A stretch of 64,000 nt of DNA from Acidimicrobiales bacterium (GTDB lineage: Bacteria > Actinomycetota > Acidimicrobiia > Acidimicrobiales > Bog-793): NCBI GenBank assembly GCA_035294085.1, contig DATGLP010000008.1, forward strand, positions 87,681 through 151,680, in the 5' to 3' direction. A program made the position numbers and the translations under genes. Below, piece after piece: positions 18,984 to 27,366 of the stretch (position 1 is the stretch's first letter; each line of letters opens with the position of its first letter). Below the pieces are notes generated by a model, which saw only the letters and a program-made list of their open reading frames with translations, was not told where the DNA came from and did not search any database.

Positions 18984-19907
18984 TCAGGCGGTGCCGTCGA
19001 CGCGAGCCGGCGCGCCGGCCTCGCCGTTGCTGGCGAGGCCCCCGAGGCGCTCGAGGACGGCGGCGAACTCCATCGGCACGACGAACTTCGTCGACGGCGC
19101 CGCGCCGACCTGCTTCAAGGTGTCGAGGTACTGGAGCAGCATCGTGTTGGTGTCGAGGCCACGGGCCACGGCGAGGATGGCCTCGAGCCCCTGCGCGAAC
19201 CCCTCGGCTCGCAGCACCGCGCTCGTCCGCTCTCCCTCCGCCTGGAGGATCGCCGCCTGCTTGCGCCCCTCGGCGAGGGTGATCGCCGCCTGCCGCTCTC
19301 CCTCGGCCTGGAGGATCGCCGCCTGCTTCTGCCCCTCCGACTCGGTGACGAGGGCTCGCCGGGTGCGCTCGGCCGACATCTGGCGCGTCATCGCCTCCTG
19401 CACCACCGGCGGCGGGTTGACCTCGCGAACCTCGACGTTCGTCACCTTGACGCCCCAGCGCTCGGTGACCTCGTCGAGGCGGACGCGAAGCGAGGCGTTC
19501 ATCTCCTCCCGCTTGGACAGGACGTCGTCGAGGGGCATGTCGCCGACCACGCTGCGCAGCGTCGTGGCGGCGATGTTGAGCGCCGCGCCGGAGAAGTTCT
19601 GCACGGCGAGGACGGACGTCTTCGGGTCGACCACCTTGTAGAAGATGATGAAGTCGATCGAGATCGGGGCGTTGTCCTTCGTGATCGCCGTCTGGTGGGG
19701 GATCTCGAGGAAGCGCTCCCGCAGGTCCACCCAGCTCGTCCGGTCGGTCACCGGGTTGACGAGCACGATGCCCGGACCGCGTACCCCCACGGCTCGCCCG
19801 AGTCGGAAGAGCACGATCCGCTGGTACTCGCGCACGATCCGCACGGAGAGCGCGGCGCCGAAGAGCGCGGCGACGAGCACGACGGCGACGACGATGCCGA
19901 CGATCAT
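18984..19907 (-). CDS. SPFH/band-7 (stomatin/slipin-like) protein
   Basis: 307 aa with an N-terminal TM helix, the SPFH core RIVREYQRIVLFRLGR...TKDNAPISIDFIIFYKV, and an AEGE-rich coiled-coil. Confidence 0.9.
   Translation of the reverse strand: MIVGIVVAVVLVAALFGAALSVRIVREYQRIVLFRLGRAVGVRGPGIVLVNPVTDRTSWVDLRERFLEIPHQTAITKDNAPISIDFIIFYKVVDPKTSVLAVQNFSGAALNIAATTLRSVVGDMPLDDVLSKREEMNASLRVRLDEVTERWGVKVTNVEVREVNPPPVVQEAMTRQMSAERTRRALVTESEGQKQAAILQAEGERQAAITLAEGRKQAAILQAEGERTSAVLRAEGFAQGLEAILAVARGLDTNTMLLQYLDTLKQVGAAPSTKFVVPMEFAAVLERLGGLASNGEAGAPARVDGTA
19228..19337 (-). repeat. in-frame 66-nt (22-codon) tandem duplication inside the stomatin coiled-coil
   Basis: The 44-mer at 19228-19271 and the 44-mer at 19294-19337 differ at 3 positions (41/44 identical). 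They encode the QAAILQAEGER-type repeats. Confidence 0.8.
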
Positions 19908-20407
19908 GGACGGGGCTCCTTCGTGGGGCGGGACGCGCGCTGCGGGGGAGGCCCCAGGGCGTCGCGCTGCGGCGAACCCTCACCCCAGACCTCGAGGCGG
20001 ACGCCGCGCGCCCGGATGACCTGGACGGTGGCGCCGGCCGGGACGTAGCCGTTCAGGGAGGTCGCGCTCCACGTCTCGCCCCGCACGCGCACGACGCCGT
20101 CGGGGTCGAGCGGGGTCGTCGCGACGCCGAGCTCGGACTCGAGCGACGCGAGGCCCTCGCGGGCGCGCCGGCGGTGCCGGAGGCCGGCGAGCGCGAGCGC
20201 GCCGACGCCCGCGGAGACGGCGAGGTCCGCGCCGAGGAGGAGGTAGAGGAGCGGGCGGGCGTAGCCGAGGGCGGCCATGGCGACGAGCCAGCAGGCGGCG
20301 GCGACGCCGGCGAGCGCGGCGAGCCCGTGGCCGTGGGGCCCGAGGTGGAAGCCGCCGACCACCCCGAGGACGACGAGCCCGAGGAGCACCCCCGCGACCA
20401 CCCACAT
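19904..20407 (-). CDS. NfeD-family membrane protein (stomatin operon partner)
   Basis: Hydrophobic N-terminal half plus a C-terminal OB-like VVRVRGETWSATS...VQVIRARGVRLEV. Its stop overlaps the stomatin start (ATGA). ATG 20407 is preferred over GTG 20413 because GGAGG then lies 8 nt upstream. Confidence 0.8.
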   Translation of the reverse strand: MWVVAGVLLGLVVLGVVGGFHLGPHGHGLAALAGVAAACWLVAMAALGYARPLLYLLLGADLAVSAGVGALALAGLRHRRRAREGLASLESELGVATTPLDPDGVVRVRGETWSATSLNGYVPAGATVQVIRARGVRLEVWGEGSPQRDALGPPPQRASRPTKEPRP

Positions 20408-20491
20408 GGCCACTCCCTCCGGCGCGTGCGCGCCCTTCGACCCATGCTACCGGCAGCGCCGCCGCCTCCGTGGTGCGCCCTGCGCTGCCCC

Positions 20492-20497
20492 TACGAT
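20492..20497 (+). promoter_or_regulatory. candidate -10 (TACGAT) for the DUF3107/ArsA-like operon
   Basis: CCTACGATGG is present here, and the same decamer precedes the PHP gene at 22961. It would give a ~30-nt leader containing the AGGAG Shine-Dalgarno. Confidence 0.3.
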
Positions 20498-20533
20498 GGC
20501 GGGCACTGGGCGCGATCGAGAGGAGCGGTCGGG

Positions 20534-20770
20534 GTGGACGTGCGCATCGGGATCATCCAGACGCCGAAGGAGCTCGACGTCGAGCTCGGCGACTCGGTCG
20601 CGAGGGAGGAGGTCCTCGCCAGCATCGAGGCCGCGCTCGCCGAGCCCGAGGGCGTCCTGTGGCTGACCGACCGGCGCGGCCGGCGCGTCGGCGTCCCCGT
20701 GGCCAAGGTCGCCTACGTCGAGGTGGGCGCGGCGAGTGACGAGCGGCGGGTCGGCTTCGGCGCCCCCTGA
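20534..20770 (+). CDS. DUF3107-family small protein
   Basis: Last 78 aa of ORF 20174..20770: VDVRIGIIQTPKELDVELGD...VLWLTDRRGRRVGVPVAKVAYVEVG. This resembles the actinobacterial DUF3107 pattern as I recall it. AGGAG lies 8 nt upstream of GTG 20534. Confidence 0.7.
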   Translation: MDVRIGIIQTPKELDVELGDSVAREEVLASIEAALAEPEGVLWLTDRRGRRVGVPVAKVAYVEVGAASDERRVGFGAP

Positions 20771-20809
20771 GCGGTCGCGCCCGGCGACCGCCGTGCGGCG
20801 GCCGGCGCC

Positions 20810-21763
20810 GTGAGCCTGCTCGAGCGCCGCCTGCTCTTCGTCACCGGCAAGGGCGGCGTCGGCAAGACGACGATCGCCGCTGCCCTCGGTCTCCTCGCGT
20901 CGCGTCGCGGGCGGCGGGTCCTCGTCTGCGAGCTCGAGCCGAAGGGCGACCTCGCCGCCGCCTACGACTGCGGGGAGACGTCCTTCGTCCCGCGCCAGGT
21001 GCGTCCCGGGCTGTACGCGATGTCGATGGACACCGAGGCGTCGCTGCGCGAGTACCTGTGGCTGAACCTCAAGGTGCCGGTCGCGGGCCGCATCGGGACG
21101 CTCGCTCGGGTCTTCGACTTCGTCGCGACCGCGGCGCCCGGCGTGCGGGAGGTGCTCACCGTCGGGAAGCTCTGCTACGAGGTGCGCGAGGAGCACTACG
21201 ACCTCGTCGTGGCGGACGCCTCCTCGACCGGGCACATCGTCGGCCAGCTGGCGGCGCCGGTCGGGATCAACGAGCTCGTGCGCGTGGGGGCCGTCCGCAG
21301 CCAGACGCGCTGGATGCTCGAGATGCTCTCCGATCCGGCCACGACGGGCGTCTGCCTCGTGGCGACGCCGGAGGAGATGCCGGTCAACGAGGCGATCGAG
21401 CTCGCCGGGCGTCTCGAGGGCGAGACGACCGTCAAGCTCGCGCTCCTCGTCGCCAACCGGGTCCTGCCCGAGCTGTTCGGACGGGGCGAGGAGGCGGTCT
21501 TCGAGCGACTCGGCGAGCCCGACGCCCTCGACGCCCTCGGCCGGGCGCTCGGCCCGTCCGAGCGGCGCAGCCTCGAGGAGGTCCTCGCCGCCGCTCGCCT
21601 CGCCGTGCGCCTGCGGCGCAACGGCGCGTCCCACCTCGAGCGGCTCCGCCGGGCGGCGCCGTCGGTTCCCCTCGTCTACGTCCCGTTCCTCTTCGGGCGA
21701 TCGCACGGACCGCGCGCCATCAACCGCGTCGCCGCCGCCCTCGCGGAGGAGCTCGGCGAGTGA
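20810..21763 (+). CDS. ArsA/GET3-like P-loop ATPase (first of pair)
   Basis: 317 aa with deviant Walker A FVTGKGGVGKTT and DLVVADASSTGH. Comparable to the first of the paired ArsA-like ATPases of Actinobacteria. Confidence 0.85.
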   Translation: MSLLERRLLFVTGKGGVGKTTIAAALGLLASRRGRRVLVCELEPKGDLAAAYDCGETSFVPRQVRPGLYAMSMDTEASLREYLWLNLKVPVAGRIGTLARVFDFVATAAPGVREVLTVGKLCYEVREEHYDLVVADASSTGHIVGQLAAPVGINELVRVGAVRSQTRWMLEMLSDPATTGVCLVATPEEMPVNEAIELAGRLEGETTVKLALLVANRVLPELFGRGEEAVFERLGEPDALDALGRALGPSERRSLEEVLAAARLAVRLRRNGASHLERLRRAAPSVPLVYVPFLFGRSHGPRAINRVAAALAEELGE

Positions 21764-22926
21764 CCTCCTTCGCGCTCGACCGGCTCCTCGCCGCGAAGGA
21801 CGTCGTCATCGCCTGCGGTCCCGGTGGGGTCGGCAAGACGACGGTGTCCGCCGCGCTCGGGGTCGCCGCGGCCGCGCGCGGCGGGAAGGTGCTCGTGCTC
21901 ACCGTCGACCCGGCGCGCCGGCTGGCGGACGCGCTCGGGGTCGCCGGCCTCTCGAACGCCCCGCGGCGCGTCGCACCGGAGGCCTTCGGGCCGTCGGGAG
22001 CGGCGATGGCCGGCGAGCTGTGGGCCGCGATGCTCCACTCGAAGGAGTCCTGGGACGCCCTCGTGCGACGCCACGCGCCGAGCGCGCGCATCGCCGAGGA
22101 GATCATCGCCAACCCGCTCTACCGCAACATCACCGGCCGCTTCGCGCAGAGCCAGGAGTACATCGCGATGGAGCGCCTCTACGAGCTGCACGCCGAGGGC
22201 GAGTACGACCTCCTCGTCGTGGACACGCCCCCCTCGCGCAACGCCCTCGACTTCCTCGACGCGCCCGAGCGCATGGCGGAGTTCTTCTCCTCGCCGCTGC
22301 TTCGCTGGCTCACCGCCAGCTACCGCTCCCGCCTCGTCGGGCTCGCGTCGAGGCCGTTCTCCCAGATCGCCGACCGCATCCTCGGGACGCAGTTCCTCGA
22401 GGACCTCGCCCGCTTCTTCAGCGTCTTCCAGACGATGGCCGACGGCTTCGTCGCGCGAGCGCGCGCCGTGGGCGCGCTGCTGCGCGACCCCCAGACCACC
22501 TTCATGCTCGTCAGCACCCTCGAGACCGTCCCCGCGCTCGAGGCGCGCCGGTTCGTCGAGGCGCTCGCGCGCCGCCGGCTGCACCTCGGCCTGCTCGTGG
22601 CGAACAAGGCCCTCCCGCCGAGCCTCGCCGACCCGCAGGCGGCTCGGGTCGCCGAGCGCCTGCGCGAGGACGCGGCGCGCCTCGCGGCCGGCCTCGGCGG
22701 CGCGCTGGGCGGCGACGTGCGCCTCGTCGAGCGGGTCCTCGCCGAGGTCGGCACGAGCTTCGCCAACTTCCGCCTCGTCGCGACCCGCGAGGCGGAGCTG
22801 CTCGCCGAGCTCGCCCGCCTCCACGAGGTGTTCGTCACCGTCCCCCACCTGTCCGAGGACGTCGTCGAGCTCGCCCGGCTCGCTGCGATCGGGGAGCTCC
22901 TCTTCGAGGGGGCCGTGGGGAGCTGA
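21760..22926 (+). CDS. ArsA/GET3-like P-loop ATPase (second of pair)
   Basis: GTG 21760 overlaps the upstream stop (GTGA). Contains ACGPGGVGKTT, LTVDPARRLADALG and DLLVVDTPPSRNALDFL. Confidence 0.85.
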   Translation: MTSFALDRLLAAKDVVIACGPGGVGKTTVSAALGVAAAARGGKVLVLTVDPARRLADALGVAGLSNAPRRVAPEAFGPSGAAMAGELWAAMLHSKESWDALVRRHAPSARIAEEIIANPLYRNITGRFAQSQEYIAMERLYELHAEGEYDLLVVDTPPSRNALDFLDAPERMAEFFSSPLLRWLTASYRSRLVGLASRPFSQIADRILGTQFLEDLARFFSVFQTMADGFVARARAVGALLRDPQTTFMLVSTLETVPALEARRFVEALARRRLHLGLLVANKALPPSLADPQAARVAERLREDAARLAAGLGGALGGDVRLVERVLAEVGTSFANFRLVATREAELLAELARLHEVFVTVPHLSEDVVELARLAAIGELLFEGAVGS

Positions 22927-22961
22927 CGGACGGCCCCGCCGGGGCGGCGGGGGGCAGGACC

Positions 22962-22967
22962 TACGAT
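22962..22967 (+). promoter_or_regulatory. -10-like TACGAT exactly 6 nt upstream of GTG 22974 (leaderless signature)
   Basis: Reads TACGAT-gggtcc-GTG. It lies in the 47-nt gap after the second ArsA-like gene. Confidence 0.45.
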
Positions 22968-22973
22968 GGGTCC

Positions 22974-23891
22974 GTGCTGGACTACCACGTCCACCTCTGG
23001 CCGCACGAGGAGCGCGCCGACGCCCGCGAGCACCGCCTCGAGCGCCTCGCCGCCTACTGCGAGCGGGCGGCCGCCCAGGGCGTGGCCGAGATCGCGCTCA
23101 CCGAGCACCTGTTCCGCTTCCGCCAGGGCCGTGCCTGCGTCGGGGAGTTCTGGCGCGACGAGGCCGACGAGCGCCTCGCCGCCCACCTCGCCGCCTACTT
23201 CGACCACCACGCCACCGCCGACCTCGACGACTACGTCGAGGACGCGCTCGCCGCCCAGGCTGCCGGCCTGCCGGTCGTCGTCGGCCTCGAGGTCGACTAC
23301 TACCCGGGGCGCATGGAGGCGGTCGCCGCCCTCCTCGCGGGCTACCCGTTCGACGTCCTGCTCGGGTCGGTGCACTGGCTCGGCGCGTGGACCTTCGACG
23401 ACCTCGGCGACGCGACCTCGCTCGCCGAGTGGGACCGCCGCACCCTCGCCTCGACGTGGCGCGACTACACGCGCGCGCTCGAGGAGCTCGCCGGGACGAA
23501 GACCTGCGACGTCCTCGCCCACCCCGACCTCGTCAAGGTGGCCGGGAGGCGACCGTCGCCGGCCCTCGTCGCCGAGTGCCACGCCCGCATCGCCGAGGCG
23601 GCGGCCTCCTCCGGGATGGCCGCCGAGCTGTCCTGCGCGGGCTGGCGCAAGCCCGCCGCGGAGGCGTACCCGGCGCCGGAGCTGCTCCGACTGTTCGCCG
23701 CGGCGGGCGTCGGGCTCACGACCGCCTCGGACGCCCACGGCCCGGCGCGCGTCGGCGAGCGGTCGGCCGAGCTCGCGGCGCTGGCGCGTGCCGCCGGCTA
23801 CGAGACGCTGCGTGCCTTCCGACGCCGCAGGGCGCGGCCGGTCCCGATCGGCGAACCGGCGCACGCCTCGCCGGCCGGGTCGGCGCGGTGA
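22974..23891 (+). CDS. PHP-family phosphoesterase (histidinol-phosphatase HisJ/HisK-like)
   Basis: Lies within ORF 22020..23891. VLDYHVHLWPHE (the DxHxH PHP motif), ALTEHL, GSVHW, LAHPD and ASDAH give the metal-ligand series of the PHP fold. Confidence 0.8.
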   Translation: MLDYHVHLWPHEERADAREHRLERLAAYCERAAAQGVAEIALTEHLFRFRQGRACVGEFWRDEADERLAAHLAAYFDHHATADLDDYVEDALAAQAAGLPVVVGLEVDYYPGRMEAVAALLAGYPFDVLLGSVHWLGAWTFDDLGDATSLAEWDRRTLASTWRDYTRALEELAGTKTCDVLAHPDLVKVAGRRPSPALVAECHARIAEAAASSGMAAELSCAGWRKPAAEAYPAPELLRLFAAAGVGLTTASDAHGPARVGERSAELAALARAAGYETLRAFRRRRARPVPIGEPAHASPAGSAR

Positions 23892-25375
23892 CCTCCCCGG
23901 TCGAGCTCGCTCGCGACCAGACGAGCCTCGACGCCGCGTCGCGCCGGCACCTCGAGCGCCTCATGGCCTCCTGGAGCCTGCTCGCCGACTTCTCCTTCTC
24001 GGACCTCCTCCTCTACGCACCGCTGGCGCCCGAGGGGGCCGAGCCCGGCGTCCGCCGCTTCGTCGTGCTCGGCCAGATGCGGCCGACGACGAGCCCGACC
24101 GTCTACCGCGACGACCTCGTCGGCCGCGTCGTCGGTGCCGACGCGGTGCCGCTCGTGCGCGAGTGCTTCCGGCGAGGGGCGATCGTCGCAGGGGAGGGCG
24201 TCGTCGAGGGCGAGCACCTGCTCGTCCGCTACCAGTGCGTGCCGGTCCGCTTCGACGGGCGCGTCGTCGGCGTGCTCTCGCGTGCCTGGTCGCCGACGGT
24301 CGGCCGGCGCACCGGCGAGCTCGAGCGGGTCTACCTGCGCCTGTTCGAGTCGCTCGCCGCGATGGTGAGCGACGGCGTCTACCCCTTCGCCACCGAGCGC
24401 GCCGCCGCGGAGGAGGCGCCCCGGGTCGGCGACGGCGTCCTCGTCCTCGACGCCGATCGACGCGTCACCTTCGCCTCGCCGAACGCGGTGAACGCGCTGC
24501 ACCGGATGGGGATCGTCTCGTCGATCGTCGGCTCGACCCTCGCGCAGCTCGGCGTCGACTCCGAGGCGGTGCGCGTCGCGTTCGCCGACGCCGCGCCGAT
24601 GACCGAGGAGATCGAGCTGCGGCCCGAGGTCGTCGTGCTGGCCCGCTGCATCCCCCTCATCGAGGCGGGGCGGGTGACGGGCGCCGCCCTGCTCGTGCGC
24701 GACGTGACGGACCTGCGCAGCCGGGACCGGCTCCTCCTGTCGAAGGACGCGGCGATCCGCGAGGTCCACCACCGGGTGAAGAACAACCTGCAGACGATCT
24801 CGTCGCTGCTGCGGCTGCAGTCACGTCGCCTCGAGGACGAGGCCGGGCGCCTCGCCCTCCTCGAGGCGGAGCGCCGGGTGCGCGCGATCGCCCTCGTGCA
24901 CGAGATCCTCGCCCGCGAGCCCGGCGAGCAGGTTCCCTTCGGCGACATCGTGCCGGCGCTCGTCGACCTCGCGCGCCACGCCAACGTCTCGCCGCGAGCA
25001 CTCGAGGTGCACGTCGCCGGCGAGCCGGGGGAGCTCGCGGCCGACGTCGCCACCCCCCTCGCCGTCGTCATCACCGAGCTGCTCCAGAACGCCGTCGAGC
25101 ACGCCTTTGCCGGTGCCGACGGCGCAGGTCAGCGCGTCGACCTCACCTTCCGCCCGGGCGAGGACGCGCTCACCGTCGAGGTGCGCGACAACGGCCGGGG
25201 CTTCCCGCCCGGCTTCGACCTCGACGCGACGGCCAGCCTCGGACTCGCCATCGTGCGCGATCTCGTGCGAACCCAGCTCGGCGGCTCGATCACGATCGAG
25301 AGCCGCGACGGCGCGCTCGTGCGGCTCGAGGTCCCGCTCGGCCCGCGGCCAGCGGCTGCCCGGCAGCGCTCGTGA
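23888..25375 (+). CDS. pdtaS: cytoplasmic sensor histidine kinase, PdtaS-like (GAF-PAS-HisKA_2-HATPase)
   Basis: GTG 23888 overlaps the PHP stop (GTGA). Has no TM segments. Contains the H-box IREVHHRVKNNLQTISSLL, the N-box ELLQNAVEHAF and the G-box VRDNGRGFP. Confidence 0.85.
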   Translation: MTSPVELARDQTSLDAASRRHLERLMASWSLLADFSFSDLLLYAPLAPEGAEPGVRRFVVLGQMRPTTSPTVYRDDLVGRVVGADAVPLVRECFRRGAIVAGEGVVEGEHLLVRYQCVPVRFDGRVVGVLSRAWSPTVGRRTGELERVYLRLFESLAAMVSDGVYPFATERAAAEEAPRVGDGVLVLDADRRVTFASPNAVNALHRMGIVSSIVGSTLAQLGVDSEAVRVAFADAAPMTEEIELRPEVVVLARCIPLIEAGRVTGAALLVRDVTDLRSRDRLLLSKDAAIREVHHRVKNNLQTISSLLRLQSRRLEDEAGRLALLEAERRVRAIALVHEILAREPGEQVPFGDIVPALVDLARHANVSPRALEVHVAGEPGELAADVATPLAVVITELLQNAVEHAFAGADGAGQRVDLTFRPGEDALTVEVRDNGRGFPPGFDLDATASLGLAIVRDLVRTQLGGSITIESRDGALVRLEVPLGPRPAAARQRS

Positions 25376-25385
25376 CGGCCGCGCC

Positions 25386-25676
25386 TCACGAGGCGCGCCG
25401 CTGCCCGGCCAGCCAGGCCTTGCGCAGCTTGCGGCGCTCCTCCTCCGACGTGCCGCCCCACACCCCCGCCTCCTGGTTCGTCGCGAGGGCGAACTCGAGG
25501 CAGGCCGCCCGGACCTCGCAGTCGCTGCAGACCGCCTTCGCCGCCTCGATCTGGTCGATCGCCTGCCCCGTCGTCCCGACGGGGAAGAAGAGGTCGGGGT
25601 CGGTGTCACGGCACGAGGCGCGGGCACGCCAGTCCTCGCGGTCCCACTCGATGGACCGGTTCCACGTCAGGGCCAC
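25386..25676 (-). CDS. whiB: WhiB-family [4Fe-4S] transcription factor, WhiB1-like
   Basis: ASCRDTDPDLFFPVG...AKAVCSDCEVRAACLEFAL...GVWGGTSEEERR has four Cys and the GVWGG turn. GTG 25676 is preceded by GAGGAGG. The longer track ORF (to 25745) adds an implausible N-terminus. Confidence 0.9.
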   Translation of the reverse strand: MALTWNRSIEWDREDWRARASCRDTDPDLFFPVGTTGQAIDQIEAAKAVCSDCEVRAACLEFALATNQEAGVWGGTSEEERRKLRKAWLAGQRRAS

Positions 25677-25795
25677 GCCTACCTCCTCGCCGTCCTGCGC
25701 GCTCGTGCACGCGTTCACAAGGCAAGACACAGCCCCCCACCGCACCTGCCACGCAGCTCGCCCGCGCCCGCGCGGGCGGCCCCTAGGGCGCGTGC

Positions 25796-25824
25796 ATGTT
25801 ACGTCCCGGTTGCAAGGCCGGCAA
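25796..25824 (-). promoter_or_regulatory. candidate whiB promoter (-35 TTGCCG, 17-nt spacer, -10 TAACAT)
   Basis: Minus strand reads TTGCCG (25824-25819) and TAACAT (25801-25796). This implies a ~110-nt leader. Confidence 0.3.
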
Positions 25825-25923
25825 GGATCTCCGCCCCTGGCTGCGGCGCGTCACGGCCGGGCCGCCTGAGTAAGGTGCCAGCGTCAGCGTCAACGGACAC
25901 CGCCGTGCCGACGAGGGGTGCGC

Positions 25924-27363
25924 TTGCTCTTCCCGACGATCGACTTCGCCATCTTCTTCGGCATCGCCTTCGTGGGGAACTGGCTGCTCCGCCCCTACCG
26001 GCGGGCGTGGAAGCTCTTCATCCTCGCGGCGAGCTACGTCTTCTACGGCTGGTGGGACTGGCGCTTCGTCTTCCTCCTCGCGGCCTCGACGCTGTGCACC
26101 GCGGCCGGGGCCCGGCTCGTCCATGGCGCCGCGACCGAAGCCGGCCGGCGGCGCTTCCTCGTCGCGACGCTCGTCGCCGAGCTCGGCCTGCTCGGGTGGT
26201 TCAAGTACTACGGCTTCGCGTCGAGCTCGATCGACAGCGCGCTGCACCGCCTCGGCGTCCACGGCGACCCGATCCCGCTGCTCCAGGTCACGCTGCCGGT
26301 CGGCATCTCCTTCTTCACCTTCATGGGGCTCTCCTACGTCATCGACGTCTACCGGCGCCGGCTGGAGCCGTCGGCCTTCCTCGACGTCGCCGTCTACGTC
26401 GCGTTCTTCCCCCACCTCGTCGCCGGGCCGATCGTGCGCGGCAGCGAGCTCCTGCCCCAGATCCACGCCGCGCACCGGCGCGACCCGCGGCGCATCGACC
26501 TGCCGCAGGCCGCCTACCTCATCTTCGGCGGGCTGTTCAAGAAGGTCGTCATCTCGAGCTACGTGGCCTCGGCGATCGTCGACCCGGTGTTCAACACGAG
26601 CCCGACGCTGCACTCGGCCGCCGAGGTCCTCCTCGCCGCCTACGGGTACGCGGTCCAGATCTACTGCGACTTCAGCGGCTACACCGACATCGCGATCGGC
26701 TGCGCCCTCCTGCTCGGCTTCCGCTTCCCCCAGAACTTCGACGCGCCCTACACCGCACGCTCGCTCCAGGACTTCTGGCGCCGCTGGCACATCACGCTGT
26801 CGCTGTGGCTGCGCGACTACCTGTACATCCCGCTCGGCGGCAACCGTGGCTCGCGCCTCGCCCTCTACCGCAACCTGCTCATCACGATGGTGCTCGGCGG
26901 GCTGTGGCACGGTGCGGCGTGGACCTTCGTGCTGTGGGGTGCGCTGCACGGCGTGGGTCAGGCCGTGGGCCACTTCCGCCGGGCGCGCCGGACGGCGCGC
27001 GGCCTCAGCCCCCAGCGCGAGGGCACCCTGGCCCTCGCCTGGCAGCGCCTCGCTACCTTCCAGGTCGTGTGCCTCGGGTGGATCTTCTTCCGGGCCGACT
27101 CGATCGGGGCGGCCTTCGGCTTCGTGGCGCGGCTGTTCACCGGGTGGGGCGCGCCCTCCCCCCTCGTGCGCCTCCCGGTCGTCGCCGCCATCGTCGGCGC
27201 CCTGGCCCTGCAGTACCTGCCGAGGGACCTCGCCGAGCGCGCCCAGGAGGCCTTCGCCCGCCTCGGCGCCCTGGCGAAGGGCGCGGTCCTCGGCCTCGTC
27301 CTGCTCGTCATCACGACGCTCGGCCCCCCCGGCGTCGCCCCGTTCATCTACTACCGGTTCTGA
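25924..27363 (+). CDS. MBOAT-family membrane O-acyltransferase (AlgI/DltB/PatA-like)
   Basis: Polytopic protein with SFFTFMGLSYVIDVY, FWRRWHITLSLWLRDYLYIPLGGNR (the catalytic His block) and GLWHGA. TTG 25924 (LLFPTIDF) has GAGGGG 5 nt upstream. The alternative is GTG 25918. Confidence 0.9.
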   Translation: MLFPTIDFAIFFGIAFVGNWLLRPYRRAWKLFILAASYVFYGWWDWRFVFLLAASTLCTAAGARLVHGAATEAGRRRFLVATLVAELGLLGWFKYYGFASSSIDSALHRLGVHGDPIPLLQVTLPVGISFFTFMGLSYVIDVYRRRLEPSAFLDVAVYVAFFPHLVAGPIVRGSELLPQIHAAHRRDPRRIDLPQAAYLIFGGLFKKVVISSYVASAIVDPVFNTSPTLHSAAEVLLAAYGYAVQIYCDFSGYTDIAIGCALLLGFRFPQNFDAPYTARSLQDFWRRWHITLSLWLRDYLYIPLGGNRGSRLALYRNLLITMVLGGLWHGAAWTFVLWGALHGVGQAVGHFRRARRTARGLSPQREGTLALAWQRLATFQVVCLGWIFFRADSIGAAFGFVARLFTGWGAPSPLVRLPVVAAIVGALALQYLPRDLAERAQEAFARLGALAKGAVLGLVLLVITTLGPPGVAPFIYYRF

Positions 27364-27366
27364 GCG

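Noticed and set aside
20174-20533. Long N-terminal extension of the DUF3107 ORF, and the other ORFs in the nfeD/DUF3107 divergent region.
   Set aside because: The extension is antisense to nfeD and low-complexity. AGGAG plus GTG 20534 gives the expected ~78-aa protein.
25704-25719. CRP-like site cGTGc-N6-TCACa as a feature of the whiB promoter.
   Set aside because: Only the GTG/CAC cores match. The site would sit at about +70 to +85 of the predicted transcript, or 28 nt from the start codon, which is inconsistent with known activating or repressing positions. It is kept only as a note in a finding.
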